A stretch of 64,000 bases of DNA, from contig NC_068999.1 in the NCBI RefSeq assembly GCF_001194135.2, positions 24,159,763 to 24,223,762 of the forward strand. The letters are read 5' to 3'. This stretch comes from Octopus bimaculoides (Eukaryota). The stretch's first letter is position 1. Each line of letters begins with the position of its first letter. The translations under genes and the position numbers were made by a program. The notes beneath the pieces are model-generated. The model had not been told where the DNA came from, ran no database searches, and saw only the letters and a program-made list of their open reading frames with translations. Shown piece after piece: positions 25,181-38,060 of the stretch.

Positions 25181-25362
25181 AGTAATAATACTGTCTCTGT
25201 CACTAATATATAATCTTAGAAATGGGTAACTTGGAGTAACAATGAAGTGGAGCTTTTGCTTCCAATGATACACACACACACACCTCAGCTCAATGGTTAC
25301 ATTCCACTGCAGCATTAACACACCAATATAATAGGGAATATATGTATATATATTCGGGTTCG

Positions 25363-25422
25363 GCTGGTCTACATTGATAAGGGGCAAACACCCTGAAACT
25401 AGTCTGTAGATGCCTGACCAGC
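25363..25422 (+). ncRNA. Type I hammerhead ribozyme with U3:A8 core variant and bulged helix I
   Basis: Helix Ib GCTGG(25363-67)/CCAGC(25418-22); helix Ia TCTACA(25368-73)/TGTAGA(25405-10); 7-nt bulge 25411-17; core TTGATAA 25374-80; helix II GGGG-caaaca-CCCT; GAAA 25395-98; palindromic ACTAGT; GTC cleavage triplet (C25404). Confidence 0.75.
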
Positions 25423-25498
25423 AAGGGGAAACAGCTGACCTGCCCTGTTCGAAGGTTATAATGGACACAGGTTCGTGTGTCACATAGCTAGCTAGAGG

Positions 25499-25568
25499 CA
25501 ATGGCCTCTTGGAGCTAATCAATGGCCTCTTGGAGCTAATCAATGGCCTCTTGGAGCTAATCAATGGC
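25499..25568 (+). repeat. 21-bp tandem repeat, 3.3 copies
   Basis: CAATGGCCTCTTGGAGCTAAT x3 plus CAATGGC; identical units, no spacers. Confidence 0.95.
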
Positions 25569-27639
25569 AGCATTCGTCCTATTTTTTAGACTGCCATGTT
25601 GGCTTGGTGATAACTATTAATATATATATATATATATATATATATCAAAATATTCCCTATTATATAAAAAAAAAACTCTTTTGATACTTGACATAACACT
25701 ATGATGGTTTGTCCTAAAAATTATAATTGTAATATGTGAAAATCTTTCACATCTGTATTCTACCTGTTTTCAACTCTGTCACTGGTCATGTATCTCCATA
25801 TCTTTACTTATTTCTTACTCTTCCAAAGCATCAGGTAACTCAATCTCTTTGCCTAACAGTTCTACTGGATTCGTTCCTTCCTGAAAAAAAAAAAAAAAAT
25901 AACATACCTTTCTTGTGAACTACATAAGAAAATTTCACTGGTAGCATCTGCTGTGTGATATTTTTCTTTTTTTCGGATTCACAATTGTGTATCGCTTTTC
26001 AGTCAATCAGCAGCAGAGATAACATTCATATCTTTATCCTGAAGAATAGCGTGTAAAAAGGTAGTATTCTGGGGAGGAAAAAAAAACTGTTGCATTCTAG
26101 CTAATCGCTGAGTTGGAGTCAACAATATTTATAAGTCTGATATAAAGTGGTTAGAAGTGTTTTATGTAACTGTTGCCTCACTGAAATTTGGTTGCTTATG
26201 TACATTTTAAGCAACCACTACAACATTGCAGATGTGTTTCTCTTCCATGGTTGTAAAATCAATATATTTTATCTGTAGAGTATGTAGATCATATTCATTT
26301 TGCAGAGTGCTTGATATGTCTAGGCTACTCAATTTCTTTCATATATCTTTGTAACTATTTTACTTTAAGTTTTAATCAGTGGTTAACAAATCATATAATC
26401 TATTTATTTAATTTAAAAATTGAAAAGCACAATATTATGCACCAATTCATGTTTGAAACTTGTATATAGTATACATATTTTGAACTTAGATATAATTAGT
26501 TGTAATTTGCGATATAGTTTACTTAATTCAAATATCAGTGACCCAGTAGATGAAAGTGTTAATCCTTAGTTTAGAAATAAAGATTCCCAGTTTGAAGTTC
26601 ATCTAGTCCTAAATACACTCCTAGGAATAAGGTACTTGACTATTGGGAATCAAATTCATAAAAAATGCATATTAAGACACTTTTCGTCTCCAAAGATGGG
26701 GTTAATAATGTGAAAATTTATAATCTTATTACCAACTTATCTTGCTTGTTCAATTAGTTAATCATCTATGATATATTTGTTACTTTTGATTTTTTTTATG
26801 TGAAGGGATTGGATTTTAACTTAAAGTTTGCATGAGTACTATTGGCTTAGGAACATGCAATAGATGATGATGTATTCAGTGAACTGAGCTGGCTTCTTTA
26901 GGATGCAATATTTTAGCAAATCTAATTTATTTTCGCACTATGTTACCAAACAGATTTAATACCTTCCTGTCTAACATGAAACTATTATTCATTTTTTCAT
27001 TGGCAGGGGAGAGGGTGAATTGATGAATACATCTGAAGTTTTTAATAATTTTCAGAGTTCCTTTTTTGTATAGTTTGCTGAGTGCATGTTTGTGAATTTG
27101 TTTACATGAAAAGATGCATTACACTTTGATGCAAAAGATTATGCACCAAAGGAAATAGAATTTTGAAACAGCAATGCCTATTACTTTAAAATATAGGCAA
27201 AAAAAAAGTATTGATATTCTAGAAACGGCTGTGCTGGAAAGAGACAGAAAAGTAAAGTGAAAGAGAAAGACAAAGAGGGAAAAACTAAGATTCTCTCTTG
27301 TCCAGCCAACAGCTTTTAAAGTAAAGAATCACATAAAATTGTCTAATATTGATGCCACTGTAAGTTGTAACTGCTCATATTTTAACCAGTGAGCATGTCT
27401 TCCAGCAGAGGAAAAATATGATGACATTTCTCTTACAAAAAGTCCAACTTGGAAGAAGCTTATTACAGATTGAAAAAGGTCATAGTTCTAATCTATTCAT
27501 TTTAATCTGTTCCAGTGACCACAGCTGTCTTGATTCTGACTTACCTGCATCTCCATTCAAATTCCTTTTCCTTTTGAGTTGATATCCTCTCAGTGTTGAT
27601 ATCATGTCCTTAAGAGATGTAGTAGGTCTAACATAGTGA

Positions 27640-27975
27640 AGGCGCATGACTCAATGGTTAGAGTGTCAGACTCACAATCATGAAGTAGTAAGTTCAATTC
27701 CTGGACTGGGCTATGTATTGTGTTCTTGAGCAAGACACTTTATTTCATGTTACTCCAGTTCACTCAGCTGTAGAAATGAGTTGTGACATCATCAGTGCCA
27801 AGCTGTATTGGCCTTTGCCTTTCCCTTAGATAACATTGGTGGTATGGAGCGGGGAAGCTGGTACGCATGGGTGACTGCTGGTCTTTCATAAACAACCTTG
27901 CTCGGACTTGTGTCTCGGAGGGGAACTTTCAAGGTGCAATTTCATGGTCATTCATGACTGAAGGGTGGGGTGGGG
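27640..27975 (+). mobile_element. tRNA-derived SINE family C
   Basis: TGACTCAATGGTTAGAG...AAGTTCAATTCCTGG...GTTCTTGAGCAAGACACTTT...CTCCAGTTCACTCAGCTGTAGAAATGAG. Confidence 0.8.
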
Positions 27976-28855
27976 GTCTTTTATGTCTAACATATCTCAC
28001 AGTATGGACCTCAAGTGTCTTGTATCAGAGTTCATATTGCTGCAATCATTTGAACTAGAAGCCCTCTTTCCCCCCAACATTTTTTCCAACAAATATTGAC
28101 CTGTAGATGACATTATAGACCTAGACATTAGCCATATCAATCTCCCCCCATCCCCGCCTTAGAGAGCCTGCAAAGATCATGGATACTGATCCTCCACCTC
28201 CTTTGGATAAATCAAAAAAAAAAAAAAAGAAGAAATTTGTTTAGTCTACTGCAGGTATTTCATTGCCTTGGGAAAATACCTATGTGTCTACTTCTTTATC
28301 TCAGTACACCTGATTGCTAAGAATAGGTGCCACATCAGTAGGAAATGTTACCTGTGATAGAATAACTTTCTACTCAAGGAGTGTATTTATTTGTCATTTT
28401 CTTAATGGTGGCCTTTAAGTGCCTCAAAGCTTGAGAGGATTTATATGGAGCTATTTTTTTCAGTAATATCAGGTTAATGTAAAAAAATATGGCTATATTG
28501 CAGAAAATTCTTACTTTAAACTGTAAAAATGATGATAATGCCTATATTTCCTTTCTGAAGTCAATATGCATGTTTATTCTCGAATGCTTCACAATTGTCA
28601 CAAAATTGAATAACATATAAATATTTGTGCATTTGCCTTGATAATAACATTTTCAGGAGACTTATGCTTTATATTCCTGGAATATGTAGATAATGATATT
28701 TATTCTTTTGTATTCCTGGATGTGTACATAATATGTGACTGGATTTGAATGAGAAGCCTTTATTTCTAAGCTAAAACATGACATTCTTAGCCATTATCAT
28801 ATTCTTATCACTGAGACATCTGTCTTTTTTTTTCTGAAGCATTACCATCCTAAAG

Positions 28856-29950
28856 GGACCGAGATTTCCTTTCCATATCACACACTGCTTCACCTGCATC
28901 TCCAAAAAAAATGTCATTTGCTGCATTAGATGCCAACTCCATTGCATAGTGTGTATAAGTAAAAAGGGGTGGTCAGAAAGTGATTGATTCTTTTAGAAAA
29001 CATTTGTTGGTCATCCAACACAAGAACACTGGATCACCAAGACCCGTGAACCAACACTTCAGTTCTCTAGATCACTTTACTGTTTTTTGCTATGGCATTA
29101 TACAACACCATGAATCTCTCATTTTCTCAGCTTTGTAATGAACACCAGTTTATTTTTGCTTTAATTCTGCTGTCCCTGCCACTATCGGTAACTGAATTGC
29201 TTTCCTCCTAACATTCCTATCTACTGGTAAACACTTACACTTCACTCTGCTCAAATGTACTTCTGTCCTCCTCTGACAAAACACAGTAAGTCAAAAAACA
29301 AGAAACTGAGATAACTGTCAAAAAAAAAAAAAAAAAAAGCTGAAAAATTATTCTAATTTTTTCAACTTACCAAGATTATACCTCTAGGGTGTATGAGGTA
29401 TGGGCCAAGGAATTCAAATATCCATTTTCCAATAAAATACAGTAAGTCAACTTACTATGTATTGTTGATGGACAGCTGAATTCACTGACTCTTTTTCTAC
29501 CCACACATCCACCACACACCCATTCCTACTTATTATCAAGTCTTACACTTACCACCCACACAATATCACACCTTACACAGACAATCTTGTTAACACCCTT
29601 GGTTATCTATTTACTCCCTCTGCACGTATATACATCTACTATGTTTCACTTTACTATTTTCTCCCACACTCTATTTCACTTACTGCATGTTCTTTCTTTA
29701 CTACTGACAAAACACGTTACTCTCTGTCTGCTTTTACAGTATATATATCTAAAATAATTTTGTTGTGTCTGTTGAGAATCATACTGCCTTAATGCCTAAC
29801 ACACTCACCAGTTCAATTTCTGCTCATTTATTATTTATATTTTTTTCCCCAAAATTTTTGTTGCTTTTGCAACTTTAGCTTTTTCTTCTTTCCCATTTAT
29901 TTTTTTTATCTGTTCTTCTTCCTTTGATTTTAACAAAGGCCAAATCTCCA
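28856..29950 (+). mobile_element. Decayed PLE 3' part: GIY-YIG endonuclease remnant plus pseudo-LTR
   Basis: GPRFPFHITHCFTCISKKNVICCIRCQ...PVNQHFSSLDH...ESLIFS (28856-29135) follows the PLE pattern FTC.S.NVIYCI.C..C...YIGET...PV..HF...E..LIF; eroded hammerhead-like CTGACAA..GTCAAAAAAC at 29273-29300; C/A-rich tract 29490-29700. Confidence 0.7.
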
Positions 29951-31229
29951 AATGAGTGTGGTTTACTATCCTTTCCTTTCCTCCACAGCATTTTACACAC
30001 TGACTTTGTACTCTTGTTCATATTTTTTGTTGTTCTAGCAGCCTTCTAATTACAAATTTTATTATCCCTATTTCAGAAATAGAGGTTCTTAGTTCAAAAT
30101 CAGTCTGAGACTATGTACACATCCAGAAATAAAACTGTTTATGATGATCAGAGATCAAACCAATAAATGACGTTAATAGTCTGGGAAATTATTATCTTAC
30201 AAATAACAACTCCTCTCAGACATGCAGATGGCTGTTTAGTGTTATTTTAGTCATAGCAATATCAAACAGATTATATTGCAATTGGTGTTAGTCCAAAGTA
30301 GAAAGGACAATGCATTGTATAGTTAAATATTCATATATATTTCCATTGTCTTATCATATGCAGCCTATATCTGTGAAACAGACATAGGTTGTATGTGTGA
30401 TATGCAACTTGGGTGGCGCAAGAATTGAAAATCTTTTGTCTATGATGTCTGTGTTAAATATTTCATATCATTAGTTTTAACAAGTCATTGTAAAATTTCT
30501 GCTTAAAACCAGTTTATACAAAATACTGGATATCATGACTATGTATAGACTTCTTGCTTTCTTTTTTCGTGTATACAAAATCAGCAGCATTGAATACCGT
30601 ATTGCAATAGATGACATTGAGGGAAATTAAAATAAAGAAAAACCAAAACAAACATGACAAGGCAATCCTGAGAAGACTTACATGACATTGACATGGCAAA
30701 AAGCTGAAAAGAATGCTGATAATTGTTTGTACTGTAAACAACTTGATGCTTGATTTAAACAGCTGTATGGGAGAATTAAACGCTAATCTTAATGATTTCC
30801 CTAAAGCTACTACTCAATTGTAAAGTATGGAAGATACTTGCAGTTTTAAAAGACAGACTGAATAAACTGTAATGAAATTTTAACCCTCAACTTTTAACTA
30901 GTCAGTTATTCTGTTCTTGTTATAAATAATTTGTGGTTCTTGTCTGTAATTCTAGTTTCTATAGCATTATGCATATGAGAAATAGTTCTTTATTTGTCTT
31001 TTTTATTGCATTTAAATTTATTTCTCAGAAAGACATGATATTTAAATGTCTAGTGTTTAACTAATGATGTACCATGCATCAGTAGTCTATTGTATAGAAA
31101 TATTATTACTGTTATCTTAGAAATAAAAGTTCTGAACTTCAATCCAGTCTTGTACTATATATGTTATCCAGGATAACAATCAGAAATAAAATTTACTAAA
31201 GTGTAGTGTAAATCTTGTAGTTATTTTTC

Positions 31230-32650
31230 AGAGAGGAAATCTGAATTAAATAGAATAAAATTAATTTCATCACATGAATAAGCTAATGTGAAAAAACAGA
31301 CTGTCTATAAGATAATCAGAAAAGATCACCAGTAATTGTGAGGCCCAGCCTTTCTAAGAACTTTGAGGGCTTTAATTCAGGATCCAAGACTAAAGAGAAT
31401 GAGATACAGGATTGTTTCCTTGATATAAGCAGCGATTGTGTGTTTGTTAATGTTGAAGGAGACAAGGCTGCCATTTTCACATTGAAGAATATTTTTGAGA
31501 TCACTCTTCATGGTGCAAATTTATATGAGCTGCCTCAGTCATTTGTGAATGATACTTGTGTGAAGAAGATTAAAGAGTGACAAGTAGCATCACCAGCATA
31601 GAAATGGGAGTTGTTGGAGATGACAGCAAGTATGTCATTTATGTATGCTGTGTTGGTGTGATCTGAAATAAAACTTCCAGTCAAGAAATAAGATGAAGTT
31701 TAACCAGGACATTCTTGTGTCAAGTACAATCAAATGATTGTTTTATTCTTTTCGCTTTATTTCTCAAGGGCAAGGAGAACAGGGAACAGGTCCCTATAGA
31801 TAAAGAAGCTCCAGTGGTAGTCACTGAGGAGCAATAGATAGATAGGGAGGAGAGAGAGAGGGAGAGATAAAGAGAGAGAGAGAGACAGACAGACAGAGAT
31901 GTTGAAAGTGAGAGCAATAGATTGATAATTGTCAGTGTCAGAAAGTTTGCCTTTCATGGAAATGGAATATGCAAAGATCTAAATGTAACTCTAGGAAACA
32001 GATTAAGAAGTTTAGTGATGATAAAGTTCAACTGAGAGTGCATGTTTGAGGATGATTGAAAGGATATTGTCAGAGTTAGTTGCTTTGAAATAATTGGAAG
32101 TGTTTTACATTTCTTGTTGTGGACGTGGTAGGACTGGTGGATTGGGAAAGGAAAACTTAGGAGTTTTGCTGAGTTGTATGCAATGTGAAGTCAGATGCAA
32201 AGTGGTCAGCAATGGGGAAAGCTTTCTTTGTGGGAGTACAGTTTACGAAAAGTTTTATCTGCAGTTCTGGAGGCAAGAGAGCTTGTAGAGTGTGCAATGC
32301 ATAAAATTATCATTTGTTATCAGTAGTCTTGCAGGAGTTGTAGTTAGGTGTAAATGCTATCCTGTTGATAGATGTGAAGTATTTTTTTGAAAGTGATGAT
32401 AACATCTTGTCTTCACTGAATACATGCCTCTACTGTTGTTGCACAATGACATGTGAACCACTTGGTAGATTTTGGTCTATGAATCAAATATATTGAGACA
32501 CCTGGTGTTGATGAGGGTTTAAAGTAGACAATTTACTGGATATTAAGATCTTCCCACTTTAAGTTGAACAGTTTACAACTTACTTTTACTATTAACTACT
32601 GGCTGGTTAAGACAGCCAGTGTTTCTTAATCCAAATGTCTTTGTATCTTT
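31230..32650 (-). mobile_element. Decayed LINE RT (CR1/L2/Jockey-like), interrupted by a GA microsatellite
   Basis: Minus-strand KGKLSDTDNYQSIALT (compare KG...NYRPIALT), LLSDYHWSF (compare LSD.QYGF) and LERLGLTITGDL (compare L.ILG.TI..DLSW). Confidence 0.75.
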
Positions 32651-34659
32651 ATAAAGCTTTACTGTAATTAAGGCCTAGAATGAAGGAATAAATGGTGTAG
32701 GGAATATGACATTAAAAAATTTTAAGGACAGGTTTTCTAGTGCACAATATGATATAAAGAAATTTAAATAAAATGTTACATCATTCTCTTTGTGACTAGA
32801 TTTTCAAAAGTAAATAAAAATAAAAGAATAAAAAATTTTAAAAAAAGCTTTTTTCCCAACAGAACCTTATTAGAATAGCAAAGATTATTATTGTCTCTTT
32901 GTTATCTTTCCTAATGTTACTATTGATTTCTTATATTGGTGCATTAGAATAAATTTAATCTATAGTTTATATCTAATGTTCCAGCCCATGCAAAACTACA
33001 GTGCAAACTCTGTATATGGACCAATTAGTGATTCACTGCAGTGAACCACTGATTGGTCTGTTGGATCACACTTCAAGTTCAAATGTCCTACAAAGTTCAT
33101 GAGGTTACGTGATAAAAATAAAGCTCTAATCCATAGTATGCATAATTATAGTTTATACTTTGAAATGTTTGGATATACATACATTCTTGCATATACTGGC
33201 CTCTTATATACTCTGTATGAACATATTCACACCATACTCTGTGCTTGTCTCTTAGAGATTTACTTCATACTCTAAATAAGTTCTACACATTTCCTACAGT
33301 TTCTCTCTGACCTCGTATTTTGTAATGCTATTCAGCTTAATAATTTTCAGTTATATGACTAACAAAACATTTAGCATTTGTCAGTGAATTGGAAAACTGA
33401 CACAGAGTTTCCATTTTTAGATTTTCTATCGAAAGTTTCAAGCTTCTCAACAAATTTTAACTTAGCAAAGGAAATCTACTTGAAATAAGCAGTTTTTTGT
33501 TTTTCCTTGGCTGTGTCAGATGATATCTTTCTCAAACCAATTTAACCTTACATCATCTAAAAACTAAATTTACTTTTGGCTAAGTGCTATTCATCAATAA
33601 ATTACAAAGTATTAATGAGATCATTTTTCTTAGTATACAATTATTGTATCTGAGTGTATAATCAATGATACTTGAAAAATCGTTTTGTTATTTTGGAATA
33701 TTCCTGTTAGAGGTATATCTCCTTTAAGTAAGCAGAGAAAATAAATATATCTCTTGTTCAAAATGTTAAAAAAAAAAAAGGGAAAAAAAAGGCAAGTAGA
33801 AATTTAATTCAGAAAGACGGCAAAGTCCTGATCATTTCCTAATTAAGGCAACTAACTTATCATACATCATTCTTCTACCCAACTGCTACTCTGCAATTGC
33901 TCTAATACTTCGAATCAGTTAACAGTTGGAGCTCAGCCAATTTTATGCTGGCTACAATTGCTATCAAATGTTCTTCACCTTTTAACCATCTAAAATAGTT
34001 AGATAGGTGGATGATAGAATCCTCCTTGGTATGACATCACTCACACAACCGAACCTCATAACCCTTAAATCCCCAAGTGGTTCACTCAAAGAATACCAGA
34101 AAAGAACACTGTCTACTACAATATGAATTGGGGTTTAACAACAATATCACTTACAAAATATCAACCAGAAATGCAAATGTACACTTTTAACTAAACAAGA
34201 AAGAGAAAAACAACATCTTTATAATTAACAAAATTTTCAGTGATCCTTTAACTGTATTTGTTGCATCATTTCTAAACTAGACCTAACTTAGCAGCCTGGT
34301 AAAAACAGACTGATAAAATAAGTATTAGGCTTTAGTAAAAAAGTACAGGGGTTGATTTGTTTGACTAAACCCTTCAAAGCACTGCCCCAGCACAGCCACA
34401 GTCCAATGCCTGAAACAAGTAAAATAAAAAAGATAAACACTAAAAGTAAGATAACATGACTCTAAAGTATTCTCCTAACTCCAGAATTAAGACTTCTTTA
34501 AATTATGGATTCTTAACTCAAAAATTAGGACTTCTATAAGTTTCCCTAAGGAGAGACTTTGATAATTTCCATCTCAAATCTGTTAAATCCTGGTTCAAGA
34601 TTAATAAAGTTAACATTCATTTTATGTAGATGAAAATCATTTGGTCTCATTAGATGTAA

Positions 34660-34819
34660 ATGTGGCCTGTGTGGTAAAACGTTTGCTTCCCAACCACATT
34701 GTTCTGGGCTCCATCCCAGTGCATGGCACCTTGGGCAAATGTCTTCTACTATAGCCCTGGGCCAACCAAAGTCTTGTGACTGGCTTTAATTGATGGAAAC
34801 TGAAACTGAAAGAAGCCTA

Positions 34820-34869
<50 letters not shown>

Positions 34870-34870
34870 G

Positions 34871-34904
<34 letters not shown>

Positions 34905-35120
34905 CTATGTGTGTATGCCTATTTGTGATATTACCCAACACCACTTGACAACCAGTGTTGGTTTGTTTATGCCCCCATAACATAGTGGTTTGACACAAAG
35001 AGATCAATAGAATAATTACCAGACTTAAAAAAGAGAAAGTATTGCAATCAATTTGTTCAAGGCAGTGCCCTAGAATGGCATCAGTCCAATGATTGAATCA
35101 AATAAAAAACAAAAGATGAA
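34660..35120 (+). mobile_element. SINE family B with internal (TG)n(TA)n; an extra tail fragment at 34320-34435
   Basis: GTGGCCTGTGTGGTAAAACGTTTGCTTCCCAACCAC...ACTATAGCCC, 3' domain and tail. Confidence 0.85.
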
Positions 35121-35387
35121 TTGGTCCTGTGGTTGAAATTTAGTTGAATGTAATAGAAAAACTTAAAATTTTGACAATAAAGACACTTGGCGTATTCACT
35201 GCCATACGAAGTCCCTTTTTCCGTTTTGCTTGCTTTATATATAAAGAAAAGTCCTAACCATGAAAACAACTTACAAACATTCCACAATCAGTCCATGAAA
35301 TATAAGTTAAAATCTGTAAAAGAGAACCTCTTTGTTTATCTGAACAGTCTTTCTAATATTATATACTTCATTTTATACATACATGCG

Positions 35388-35418
<31 letters not shown>

Positions 35419-35429
35419 GTATTTGTGAA

Positions 35430-35730
35430 GGTGATGGCTTAGTGGTTAGGATATTTGGCTCACAGTTGTGAGTTTGGTTGCTGGTGATGTGCTGTATCCA
35501 TGAGCAAGAGACTTTATTTCACAGTTGCTCTAATCCATTCAACTGGGGAAAAATGAGTAGTACCTGTAATTCAAAGGGCCAGCCTTGTCACACATTCTGT
35601 GCCATGCTGAGTCTCCTTGAGAACTACATTAAGTGCACACATGTCTGTGGAGTGCTCAGCCACTTGCACATTAATTTCACAAACAAGCTGTTCTGTTGTT
35701 CAGATCAACTGGAACCCTCATCATGGAGCG
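35430..35730 (+). mobile_element. tRNA-derived SINE family C (decayed)
   Basis: TGGCTTAGTGGTTAGGAT...CCATGAGCAAGAGACTTTATTTCAC. Confidence 0.65.
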
Positions 35731-35961
35731 CCAGTATATATGTGTTAATTTATTTATGTGTGTGTGTATGTGGGTGGTGTATAATTTCAATATGGAGGAA
35801 ATAATTCACAGGAAAATAATTTGCAAAAATATCATTGACTCTATTATTATAGTGTAACAATTTAAAAATGATAATGACAGAATCAATAATATAGGCGATT
35901 CCAGATCCCCCAAAAAGCATTAAATAGCTGAAGGAGTAAAATTAATCAACGGATATACTAA

Positions 35962-37025
35962 GTACCCCTACAATACCTTCTTTTCTATTATAATTTCTTA
36001 TTTACTTTCTGCTTGTCATATTAAGAACAACAGATTTCTGCCCCTCCCCCACAATTTCCATGATCATGACTTTCAGAATTATGGATATTTTTTAATAAAA
36101 TTTTCAACGAATATGTGTTCTAGCATATCAATTTCAAATATATAACTATTTTGGTGATTTAAATAAGAGCTTTGACTGTTATTTCCAGTAGGTAGACATA
36201 CATGATATGGCCTTTGATTAATTTTAATCTTTCAGCTATATATATATATATATATATTATATAAAATAGAGATGTGTGCATATTCACTTTTCATGTGAAA
36301 ACGGCTTCACCAATTACTTCCATTCTTGTGATGCATGAATAATTTGACCTCGGACATATTATAGGGTCTTCATTTGATTTTTCTATTAAAAATTTTTTAA
36401 AATAAAAAAATATTGCTTTTTATATTACATTCACGTCTTTCTAAGATTTTAATATTTTTACTTCTGGCTTTCTAGCGTCAGTGACGTAACATATCTCTTT
36501 ATGTATATCTCTCTGCCCATCTCTCTATCTATCTCTATCTCTCTATCGATATCTTTTGTTTTCACTTTTATTTTACAGACCCTATTCTTTTCACTTTCAA
36601 TTTTTATACACCATTGTTTAACTTCCATGTCATTGCTTTCACTGTAAGTCTAAGTTTTGAATCACTATTTACAAACAAACAACGACAAATTACTGACAGA
36701 AACAAGTTCACAATTACTGGTGTGTCTTCCTAAATTTCACTTCAATCCGTACGGTCTTGTGTTTTCCTGTTGTTGACGGTTTCTTTCCGGTTCCTTTGAT
36801 ACTGGCTCTTTGGTTCACTGACAAATTTCCCTTCAACCCCTACAATACTCTCTTGTCTGTTAAAATTTCTTGTTTACTTTCTGCCTGTTATATTAAGAAC
36901 TACAGATTTCTACCCTCTCCCACCACAGTTTCCATAATCATAACTATCAGAATTATCGATATTTTTTAATAAAATTTTCAACGAATATGTGTTCTATCAT
37001 GTCAATTTTGAATATATAAAATTTT
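35962..37025 (+). repeat. Roughly 190-bp direct repeat pair (35962-36150, 36836-37025), possibly within a non-autonomous Helitron-type element
   Basis: Both read ACCCCTACAATAC...TTTACTTTCTGC..GT.ATATTAAGAAC.ACAGATTTCT...CAGAATTAT.GATATTTTTTAATAAAATTTTCAACGAATATGTGTTCTA. The Helitron assignment is inferred only from proximity to the termini downstream. Confidence 0.7.
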
Positions 37026-37512
37026 AGGAGGGGCTGGGGATTTTCTGAAAATTCACCTGAGTCGACTTCAATTCATCTTAACTTTCAAGAAAATGGATAT
37101 TTTTTAATGAAATTCTCTACATTAGATTCACTTCTTTAAAAAGGTTTCTCAATGTCAACTTCCGGTGTTGACATAAAAACGGCAAAGTCTGTCCCTGTCT
37201 AAATTTTAATGTTTTCATTTCAAGTTTTAATTCGCTATTTGTAAACAACTATGATAAATTACTGAAAGAAATATTTACTAAGTTCACAAATTTAAATATT
37301 CGATACTAGACGCTTTTCAACATACTTTTATTTGAATGGCATAAGCTTTTATTTGAATGGCATAATCTTTAAGCTCATATAAAAATACCATTATTATTCT
37401 TTACTGGATTATAAAATACGGCACCATATAATAAAGCCATTCACACCGAAAGCATATATATATCATCATCATCATCATCGTTGTTTAACATCCGCTTTCC
37501 ATGCTAGCATGG

Positions 37513-37560
<48 letters not shown>

Positions 37561-37699
37561 TTAAAATAGGATAAAATCTTTATAAGAATTTATCAAGTAG
37601 TCAGTGTGAAAAACCTCATAAGGAAAAATTATAATTATTCCCTTTAAATATATTTATTTATATTAAGGGCATTAATACACATAAATGCCTCACGTTATG

Positions 37700-38010
37700 A
37701 GAGACTCTTATTATAGCCCAGGCCAACCAAAACCTTGTGAGTGGATTTCGTACTTGGAAACTGAAAGAAGACTGTCGTATATATGTGTATATTTGTGTAT
37801 GTGTGTTCCTGTGTCTTGTGTTTGTACCCCCACCATTGCTTGATAACAAATGTTGCTGTGTTTACATTCTTGTAACTTAGTGGTTTGGTAAAAGACGCTG
37901 ACAGAATGAGTACTAGGCTTACAAAGAATAAATCCTTTGGTTGATTTCTTCAACCAACGGCAGTGCTCCAGCATGGTGGCAGTCACATGACTGAAACAAG
38001 TAAAGCAATA
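37700..38010 (+). mobile_element. SINE family B (5'-truncated)
   Basis: TTATAGCCCAGGCCAACCAAAACCTTGTGAGTGGATTT...GGAAACTGAAAGAAG...tail GACTGAAACAAGTAAAG. Confidence 0.85.
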
Positions 38011-38060
38011 AAAAATCTATGCCATTTTAATCCCGAGCAAGGCCAGGTATCGCTGCTAGT

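Noticed and set aside
25499-25568. CRISPR array
   Set aside because: Contiguous identical units without spacers, eukaryotic context and no cas genes.
31338-31580. Plus-strand 80-aa ORF as a host exon
   Set aside because: It is the antisense shadow of the minus-strand LINE RT remnant (LGLTITGDL).
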